A DNA stretch of 64,000 bases. It comes from Bugula neritina (lineage: Eukaryota > Animalia > Bryozoa). Each line of letters begins with the position of its first letter. The stretch's first letter is position 1. The stretch lies in NCBI GenBank assembly GCA_964035545.1, contig OZ037767.1, positions 14,946,998 to 15,010,997 on the forward strand. The letters run 5' to 3'. This document shows, piece after piece, positions 12,490 to 21,900 of this stretch. A model generated the notes under the pieces. That model did no database searches. It worked only from the letters and a program-made list of their open reading frames with translations, and had not been told where the DNA came from. A program made the position numbers and the translations under genes.

Positions 12490-13980
12490 TTTTAATCTCT
12501 GTAACATTGAAGTACAATAAGCTACTTCCAAATATTATATGCAATAAATCTCAGAGCTTTTAGAGTTTACTATTGTCAAACTTTAGTTGAATTCATACAA
12601 AAAATTGATTTAACTATTTTTTCTATCCTACCTCGAAAGTGTCAAATTGATTGAATTTTAAATCTTATGTTTTAGGTCTTATTAAATTAGATAGTATTAC
12701 TATTAGTATTACTATTACTATTAGTAATACTAATAGTAATAGTATTAGTGTATAAGTATTACCGTAAGACTAAATGTATTGGCATTACTATTAATAATAC
12801 TCAAACTTAAACTCATTTACTTTTAGTATAATAAATTAAATTATATATTTATATTATTATTAATAATAATATTATAATATTATTATTATATTTATTATTA
12901 ATTAATATTATCAACAATATGAAATTGAATATAAAATTAAATATCGACTATACCTATCAGTATAATATTAATAATATTATTGAGCCTATCATAATATTAG
13001 CAAACGTCGTTAAATTAAACACTAAGTCTAACATTAGCTTACAATAACTAATAAACATTGTCATAGACGTAGTACAACTACAATAATGAATAAAATTAAA
13101 TAGACAGTGTTATAATTAACTGCAACGCTTATACAATAAAAACTGATAAAGTTACTATGTAAGACTCGTTATTTCAAAATAGACAACTGGCCTTTACAGA
13201 TTTTCCTATAAATTTATATTCTCGAAAATCTTTGGGCGCATAGATTCCGGTTTTTAAATTCTCGTAGTTCAAAGGGCAACTTGAGGGTTGCACAAACTCA
13301 CTTGTTCACTTTGATTTTATCAGTATAAATGTGTCACCCAAGTTGACGCGTGTTTTAATTGTGTGTAACTGTATTTTGTAATTATTTTTATTCCTGGGAT
13401 AAATTTTGTATGTGTTTGATTGCCAATTTTGGAGACTACTGCCAAAAAGTAAAACATAAATAAGCATTTTCTTGAATAATTAAGCTAGCTGTAAGATTAT
13501 CATTAAGTGCAACTGTAAGACTAAGTCTAACTCTAAGTGAGTAAGACTAAGTGTAAGTCATGCTGATACTCACTTAGTGTTAGTCTTACAGTTACTGTGT
13601 TAGACTAAGACTTACAACACTTTTTTGTAGGTAACAACTTGCATAATTAATAAACTTAACCTTTATTAAAAAGAGATTTTTTCTTGCGTATGTTTAGAAT
13701 GTTTATGTTGCTTCTAGCTAAATCTATATTATTACATAATATAATTTACAACACTTGGGCATGTTGACCATTTCACACTGCTCTTAGGGTCATAATTATT
13801 TAGAATACAAAGTCAATTTAATCTGTTCTCTACTTAATTTTTTGTGAGTCTAATAGCAACTAACTTTTTATAAAGTTATAGTTATGCACACAGTATATCA
13901 CTGTATTGGGGCTTAAAAAATATAGTTTCAACTGCGAGTGTTTATTTTAGCAGACAATATTTGTTAGCAAACATCTTATT

Positions 13981-16264
13981 ATGGAGGTGAGAGATGTGTG
14001 CTCTAGTCTCTCCAATATAGTTTCTACAATTGAAAATACACTTTTTGAGGCTACTGGTTATATTCAAAGTGGTAAGCTGTATGTTAATAAAATCTCATTT
14101 TTTTATTTCGTTCTACTTGATTGCTGAATATTTAATTTTATGCAGAAGTCTAGTTTACCACCAGAAAACTTCTGCCTGAGATATTGTTTAGCAGTTGAAA
14201 GTTTTGCTATTCCAATCTTCTATATGCAGGGTCTCTGGAAGACTTTGTATCTAAAAAAGTCGGCTGTCTTTTTAAAGTAATCCGCTGTTATTCTGAGGAG
14301 TTCAAGAGGTGAGTTGAGATATTTTAGCAATTGTCGAGTGTTGATAATTTCGTTGCTGTCAGCTGTAATTGTTTCTATGATGTCATAGCTTGACGTAAAA
14401 CAAGTTCAAAGTAAAAGTTGCTCGCAGTTCTGTCATTGGGTGTATTCATTTTTCTGTGGGTATGTTCTTAGACTCAGTATCTCTACCAAACGAGAGTTGG
14501 ATGATTTCTGTCAAGGTCACTTCAGAGAAGTTGGAGTGCAACAGGCAGTTGCTGACTTAGATGAAGCAGAGGTACTCGTTCTATTCAGTAACCTTTGACC
14601 TTTGTTGGATTAGTCAGCAGTTAGATGTTTGCAATGGCTGATTACTTTGTTGAACCTTTTTGAAATGTGAACTTTAATAATTTATCAAATAGTTTTGACA
14701 GTGAAATAAGCTGAATAGCTTTGGAGTGTGCTAAACCTGAAAAATAATTGCCAGCATTGGGATTCGAACCCCAGACTTCCGGCTTGCAAGCAGGCGTGCT
14801 AACCATTACACTACGGGGACTACTAGGTAATCTCTTCATTACAAAACCCATTCACCCTAATCTCATTGATGAGTGGAACTCCCATTTCCTTTATTTTTCA
14901 GATTAAGTGGGAGGAGTTTCTTCAAGATGTAGACAAAAGATTATTGGGTTCGAATGATACGTCTGCAGCCCTGCCACGTGTGGGTGACCTGCTGACTCTA
15001 AACACAGTACTGACGGATGCACGCACCGAACAGGAAGTGGAAATACAAACATTGTTCAGAGGAGATCCGGTGCTGTTGATACTGCTGCGCCACTTTGCTT
15101 GACTACCCTGACGAGACCACGTAGCTGACGTCCTTGCTCGAAAGGTAGTCTGTAATATATATGTTACTATCTCTATAATATATGTGTTACTATCTGGGAT
15201 ATATATATTACTATCTATAACATATCTTGCTGTCTATAATATATGTTACTGTCTATAATATCTTTGGTGACATCCTCTTGCGACATGGTGGGTGATGATG
15301 TCGTAGGCTAGAGATTATTGGCAGCGTTGTTTGTTGTAGAATGAGTTGAGGTCAGCAAACATCGTGGTCATCTCTTTTGGAGTTGTTCAGGGAGCCAAGA
15401 AGTGGTTAGAAGAAACGAGATGCCCGTTTACTCTGCTTTTAGACCCGGAAAGAAAGTTGTACAAGTATGTGGGGCTGCAACGCTCACTCTATAAGGTGAG
15501 GCAACACTGCAGAACTACTGTATGGATACTCATGACTTGAAGCTTATATTGGTGTTCTGGGTTAATTCATCGTCTAGCTGGTGTTATACTGAATCCATCT
15601 AATACAACTTTTGTATTTTTCACAACTCAAGTTTTCAAAGCCAGTTAGAATGTATGATTTAAGTCAAGTCTTAGCAGCCGTGGTCTAGGGGTTAGAGGGT
15701 TTGCCTAGTAAGCACGAAGTCATGGGTTAGAGCTTGACAAAGGTCATTGATGATGTTAGAAAGAGCATCTAGTTATAATTGCTCTTGTGTCACATCTGAA
15801 TAAGTCCTTAGCCCGATTTAACAAAAAACCCATCAGTGGTTTTCTCACAGGAATGGTGACTATAAACTTGCGTGAGTCTTTATCAACTGTAAAAAGTGAT
15901 GGGCATTATGATTGTAAGTAAATCAACAGTGCAGTTATGTGCAGATTGCAGATAACCAAGTAATTGGTTTTCTTGACTCCATAGCAGGCCGTATTTTCAA
16001 AGAAACTTTTATTTTGGTAATTATAATGTAATCATGTTTCTTCACCAGACGTGGGGCTTGAAGAGTGTGATTTTCTATGCTGAGCAGATGTGCCAAGGGA
16101 GACAATTGCCAAAACCGTTTGAAAATGTTGAGGATGACCCTCATCAAATGGGTGGAGACTTTGTAATCAGTGGGAGTGGCCGATTCCTGCTGTTACACTG
16201 CAGTACTAATTCTACTGATAGGCCTAGTGTAGACACCATTCTGAATGTTCTAAATTCAGGCTAA
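13981..16264 (+). CDS. SELENOL: Selenoprotein L (thioredoxin-like AhpC/TSA fold, UxxU motif)
   Basis: Exons 13981-14071, 14230-14308, 14472-14571, 14902-15144, 15340-15495 and 16049-16264 join in frame if TGA 15100-15102 and TGA 15109-15111 are read as Sec: LLILLRHFA-U-LP-U-RDHV. Downstream VVISFG, LLLDPERKLY, DDPHQMGGDFVI and TDRPSV match the SelL/PRXL2 family. Confidence 0.92.
14749..14820 (-). pseudogene. tRNA-like sequence (probably an Ala-TGC-derived pseudogene or SINE head) in a SelL intron
   Basis: GTCCCCG TA GTGT AATGGTTA GCAC G CCTGC TTGCAA GCCGG AAGTC TGGGG TTCGAAT CCCAA TGCTGGC A. A and B boxes and D arm are intact, but the anticodon loop is 6 nt and the acceptor stem is mispaired. 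A T5 run follows. Confidence 0.6.
15673..15877 (+). mobile_element. tRNA-derived SINE, copy 3
   Basis: Colinear with copy 1 over about 200 bp. Confidence 0.8.
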
Positions 16265-16635
16265 CTGTATTGGTTATTTTAAAAATTAATCCTGATGCAT
16301 TTTTTGATTTTGTTGCAACCAGAAAGCCTGCCTCAGTAAAGTTAATTTTTACAAACTCTCACTGGGAAAATAACTCCATTTCACTTGTAGTTTTCTGAAA
16401 AAATCGCCTAAAATAATGCTTTAAGCAAACTGATTACTAATTAGCTTTATTCAATGACAATCAAACAAACTTATGGTTTAAATTAAATTTCTTTTTACAC
16501 ATGAACTATTTTTGTACAGACGCATAAGATGTCCCCTGATACTGTAATAGTAATAGTTATCTCCCATGTACATATTTTCATTGGTACTTTGCAACACTAT
16601 TTGTATACTGGTATTTTATTCATATTTAGCTGATA

Positions 16636-16712
16636 TTAGTGTCTGTATAATGAAGCTTTTTATCCCATTCTTTACTGAGAAGATAAATAGTGGACAACTC
16701 CCAAGACACTAA
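16636..16712 (+). promoter_or_regulatory. Candidate SECIS element (type II, CC apical motif) in the SelL 3' UTR
   Basis: Helix I TTAGTGTCT/AGACACTAA (9 bp). Core ATGAA (16650) with GGAC (16692). Helix II GCTTTTTATC/GATAAATAGT. CC at 16665-16666, 11 nt after ATGA. Apical ministem TTCT/AGAA. AATAAA at 16731. Confidence 0.75.
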
Positions 16713-17139
16713 ACATTTTGACTAGAAATTAATAAATAACCAGTTAAAATGGTGCCTGTTATTAAAACTGTGCATTGAAAATCTGCATTTAGTAATGAAT
16801 ATAACTAATGTGATGTTTTATACAGAGTTGCCTTTTCATGTAATTGCATTGCGGCTATACTTTGTACTATTGGGATGTAATAATACTAATCATTCGTGTA
16901 GATCATAATACCACAGCATACTACTGCTGTAGTTTACTGCAGCAAACCCTTAGACATAGTAGACACATTCTAGATAACTATAAGCATACAGTTTAATTAT
17001 TTAATAAAAAAGTTGGCTCTTAATATTGATATGATTATATATTTTAGAATGTTATTTTATATGTACATGAATATTTCAGGAAATATCTTGATAATGACAT
17101 GCAGACTTATAAACTAAAGAAGCTCCATGCATGATATAT

Positions 17140-18333
17140 TTAAACTAGTCTCCGAACAGGACTACCTACTGCTAAATTGATCTGCCCCTTAGCATACACA
17201 TCTGCAGTTTTAACGACAGTGTTCTTTGGTTCGGAAGGTAGTGCAGCGGGAACACATCCTTTAAGAGGATGCCACACACCAACTGTGTTAGCTGTGGTGG
17301 TTGTAGTTGAGAGTGCAGTGGCACAACATGGGGTCAAAGGTTGCACGGTCACAACCGGATGTTTCATCTCTCTACCGTGACCAGGAGTAAGTGAGAGTGG
17401 TGGTCGCGAGATGACTTTACTGAAGACACTCGGTTGGATTAGTTTTGATGATTCCCGTGTGTTTATAGCTGCTTCAAACCTGCACAGATCGCTTGTTCGT
17501 CCTGCAGATGGTAAAGCAGTAGTGGTGGGCTGCACAGAGCAGAGTTCTTTAGATTGCCCGGTGCTCCATTTTACAGGTGGCTTACCATCGCAATGCGGTT
17601 TATACGGCTCACCTGGAGATGTTGTGAATATTCGCTGAGCTCTTTCACTTCCCACAGCTTTTGTTGCTATGATTGGTGGTTGTTGCAAATTACGGACATT
17701 TAAAATTTCAGAAGAATTGTCAACAGAAATAAGATGTGAAGCTGGTGGTGGTTGCTCTTCATAGCTAAGAGGAGGCTGACATGGGATTCCGTCAACATCT
17801 ATTGAACTTAGCACAGTTGGTAGAGGGTTGTGCACCAAATAATGAGTAGGCAATGGCATGAAAACAGGATTGATGACTGAGTTGGAAAACAGTGGATCTT
17901 TCTTCTTCGCCAAAGTGGGAGGCATGTCAACAATCGTAGGCTTTTCTCCCGTTTTCAAACTTTGATCAATCATAAGTTTCTTTGGGGAGGAGAGGGTGTT
18001 CTTGCTTTTGACCAAATCACAGTCAACGACTTCATTAGAGTTCATTCTCATTGTAAATATTGCAGCATCAGCATTAAGTTTACTGCTGTACTTGTTTTCA
18101 CTTGAACTTACAGTTTTACTTGGAGTGTTTCTGTTTTGAATTTTGTTAGCGTCCTCACACAGCATTGGTTTGGCATCATCGTCTACTTGTTCGGGTTTTA
18201 GCTTCTTCTTGAGTTGCTCGATCTCATCTTTGTTAAGATTTGGCTGTTTTTGTAAATGTTGAGCCAAGAGTAATTTATACCTGTTAGTGCCTTGAACACC
18301 CGAGGGGCGAAGGTCATCTTGTCTTGACAGCAT
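17140..18333 (-). CDS. Intronless 397-aa protein of unknown function, mostly low-complexity, with a PAM2-like motif
   Basis: Uninterrupted 1.2-kb ORF that is not a tandem repeat, with AAAATG start context and higher GC than its flanks. SKLNADAAIF at aa 84-93. Confidence 0.65.
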   Translation of the reverse strand: MLSRQDDLRPSGVQGTNRYKLLLAQHLQKQPNLNKDEIEQLKKKLKPEQVDDDAKPMLCEDANKIQNRNTPSKTVSSSENKYSSKLNADAAIFTMRMNSNEVVDCDLVKSKNTLSSPKKLMIDQSLKTGEKPTIVDMPPTLAKKKDPLFSNSVINPVFMPLPTHYLVHNPLPTVLSSIDVDGIPCQPPLSYEEQPPPASHLISVDNSSEILNVRNLQQPPIIATKAVGSERAQRIFTTSPGEPYKPHCDGKPPVKWSTGQSKELCSVQPTTTALPSAGRTSDLCRFEAAINTRESSKLIQPSVFSKVISRPPLSLTPGHGREMKHPVVTVQPLTPCCATALSTTTTTANTVGVWHPLKGCVPAALPSEPKNTVVKTADVYAKGQINLAVGSPVRRLV

Positions 18334-18936
18334 TTTCGGTTATTTTCAAAGTTTGACAATTTAGTAAATGAAATAAATATGAGAGTAAGAGAAAGTGTAG
18401 AATTAAGTAGTATAAAATCCAGTAGAAAATATAAATTCCTAACATAAGTGTGCTAAATGGCTGCACTAATATTTAAAATATTAGCTTCATGCATGACTGA
18501 ACGCTATAACTCAATGATTTTTTAGAATGTATAATTTTGCAACTCATTACTAGTCATTGCAGTTGTAACTAACATTTATAATTACGATCAATGACTACAG
18601 TTTGTAAACAAAATAAATTCCACATTTATTAAACTACAATTCAGTAACAAAAAACAGTGACAGAAATACCAAGAAAAGCTAAATTTTGTGAAGTTTAAAC
18701 AGCTGTTTGTATGTTATGGGTAGTTATGGTACTATATCAAGTGCCGTTGATCAAGATGGCAAAAATATTGAACACCACAAAACAAATGATTACATAATAT
18801 TCTGCGATCACCCGACAGCAATAAATATAGAAATAAACATGTAACTCAAATGATTATTCTAGCATATTCTGCTCTAACACATATAGGCAAATGAGCAGCT
18901 CACTTCTGCTGTAGTATTTTAGTGTTTAGTTACTCA

Positions 18937-21900
18937 TTAGAAGTCCTTCTCTTTAACTCCTTCAAGAGGATTCGGGGCTCCTGCCACTATAGGGATGGGC
19001 TTCTCAATGGTAGTCGAGGGTATAGTGACGACTCTCATGGTGTTGGTGAAACCCGCACCAGCCTTCCATCCAGTCACCACAATCACGTTATCTCCTGAAG
19101 CAGTGAATAGACATAATTACAGCTGAAAGACAAGGATGCTGCTCTGTAATGGGCAAGAAATCAGGCAGAATTCACAAGTTTGTTAAGCCACTGTGAATGT
19201 GACTTCCTGTGTACTACCACAATACTACTACTTCCTGTTTACTAACACCGTGCCAACTCACCCGGTTTAAGGAATCCTCTGTCCAAACCGACGCCGATAC
19301 CTTTGTGGATTCGGTTGTCCATATCTTCTGTCCACTCATCAGCCCTAGCCTCTACAACAGTCAGTATTCCAGTGACTCATCGGTGCTTTATTAGTGAATA
19401 CAAACAGCAAACTTTGTTTAGCAGAGCTACTTAACGGAGTTGCCAAATCTATTATGCATGCCTTCTTGATGTCATAATCATATAAATCCAAGTAAACAGT
19501 TGAAGAGACTATGAAATACTACGAAAAGAAGAAGTGGTGAGGTTTTGAGTCATATGTTATGTAAAAATCTACAACATCTTAGAAATATAAATATTTTAAT
19601 GACGTCTTCTAGCGTCTTTGGTTTGCATACACATCGTTTTTGGAAATTTTTTATAAGACTACATGCTAAATCATTCGGATATTAAACGTCTTGACCCTGA
19701 ACTTGTTATAAATAATCTTTTCCATCACCTACGGGTAGAAAAGAGAGTTATAGAAAGAGGGGTACATCAACAGAATACGATAAGCTGACAAGCTTTCTAT
19801 ACCACTACAAAGCCTGGCAGCAGTGCATGCAATAGGTCAAGGACACACAATAGTCTGAAAAAGAATCGTAGGTGTTGCGGGCCCACTGCACCAGTTAATC
19901 ACACAGAAACATATACAGCGTGCATGCTGGTACCCTTAAGGTGTTCATAACATATACTCAGCTTCCTTAACTTAATGTAACCAGTGAGGGGTGGGTTAGT
20001 GCAAGCGGGAGGGTTAGAGAAATTATAGGACCTGAGGCTTAGAAAAATAATATAACTAAATCAACTGCACAGCCATGTTGGAAAGTATAGTTTAGTTCGA
20101 CAAAATAGATAGATAGATAGATGCAGTGCAAACACCCAGCACGATATATATTGTATACTTTTACCATCTGAATAATGTAAAAATAGAATGGAGACTATTA
20201 GCATGAAGGAACTACACATTCATTACATACAATACGTGAGCACGTCTTACTATCAGTGGAAGTCATATTTCTCTCTCCTTCCAATTAGAAAAATTAGTGG
20301 TCAATGCAGTTTCAATCCTAAATTTCATTGGTCGACGCAATTCTTATCACAAATATCATTGGCTAATAAGATGCAAAAACAAAGCACAATAATATGTCAC
20401 ACACCAGGCAATGAAAAAGCAACATGTCTATAGCCTTATTACCAAGGTGCAAACTATCTAAATATGGAGGGGTGGGCAATACGCACCGACATAGTGTATG
20501 GGGAATACACCTCTGTACAGATGGGCTTGTCTAGCTGTCCGCCCATTCCTTGTGACAGTTATGATGGGAGCCCTCGGTCTATACGAGGAGATGAGATGAG
20601 ATGTCCTGCAAGACAAGCAGATATTTAATGCTAACCAGTAACTTTAGAGTCTGTATTGAGAGTTGTCTCTCCACAATTACCAGGAAACATGAATAAATGC
20701 AAAGAGTCACGTATACAAAACTATTAACAGTAGTGACTAAGAAGATGTTGTAATCAATCAATTCTTTAATCTCCATAATAATGACTACATGTATACTACG
20801 TATGGTGCAGGATTAGCTACTAACTTTCCTGTGGTGGTGCAGACGATGATTGCCTTGGCCAGGCAGCGAAGGGATGCCTCTACCGCTGCCACGGCAGTCG
20901 TGTGAGTCACATCGATTACTGTCGGAGTGAGATGTCGCAGTTCGTCAAATATTCCCTACAATACAGGAAGTAACATACAGGAAGTACAAAACAGGAAATG
21001 TCATACAGGAAGTCAATAATTGGAGTACAGGAAGTAGAGTACAGGAAGTAAAACAGAAAGGAAGTGAGTTACCTTATGAAACATGGCCGCCTCAGCCTCC
21101 CTGCATATCCGGTGCATCATCCTGAGAGACTCGAGGGGGTAGTCTCCCTTGGCCGTCTCTCCGCTCAGCATGACGCAATCCGCTCCGTCCAGAACAGCGT
21201 TTGCTACGTCACTAGCTTCGGCTCTGGTGGGGCGGGGCTTCGAGACCATAGACTCCAGCATCTACATAGACATAGAGTAGACCTTAGACTAAATATTAAT
21301 ATTTTACAGTATATACTACATAATAGACATAGAGTAGACTTTAGAATACATATCAATATACGGTATAGGCTTTAGCATCCACAAATAGAATACTTATAGG
21401 TAACCTGATATCAACATATTAATACAGAATAGCCTCTAATCTCCACACCGCATCTCCGCTCACCTGCGTGGCACATATAACCGGCACACCCGCCTTGTTA
21501 CATTTACTGATCATCATCTTCTGAGCTAAGAACACTTTCTCTGGTGGAATCTCAATGCCAAGGTCACCGCGAGCCACCATAATACCGTCAGTCACGGCCA
21601 GAATCTCGTCAAACCTACAGAATTAAAATGCTGGACTGTGTGACTGATGACTAATAGTAAAGGGACTGAGAGTAGAGGTACTAAGAGTGGAGGTACTGAT
21701 AGTAGAGGTACAGAGAGAGGAAGTACTGACAGTAGAAGTACTGATAGTGGAAGTACTGATAGTAGAGGTACTGAGAGTGGAAGTACTGATAGTGGGGGTA
21801 CTAAGAGAGGAGGTACTAATAGCTGAGGTACTGGCAGAAGTTGGGAACAGGTTTCAACTTATAAACAGTAACTTCTAATTGTCAGTGCAACTGTTTTATC

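Noticed and set aside
14749-14820. tRNA-Sec or functional tRNA-Cys linked to SelL
   Set aside because: No UCA anticodon, no long variable arm, a 6-nt loop and a mispaired acceptor stem.
16450-16830. Other ATGA sites as canonical AA-type SECIS (near 16454, 16501 and 16795)
   Set aside because: By eye, none gives both helices with a correctly placed GA partner.
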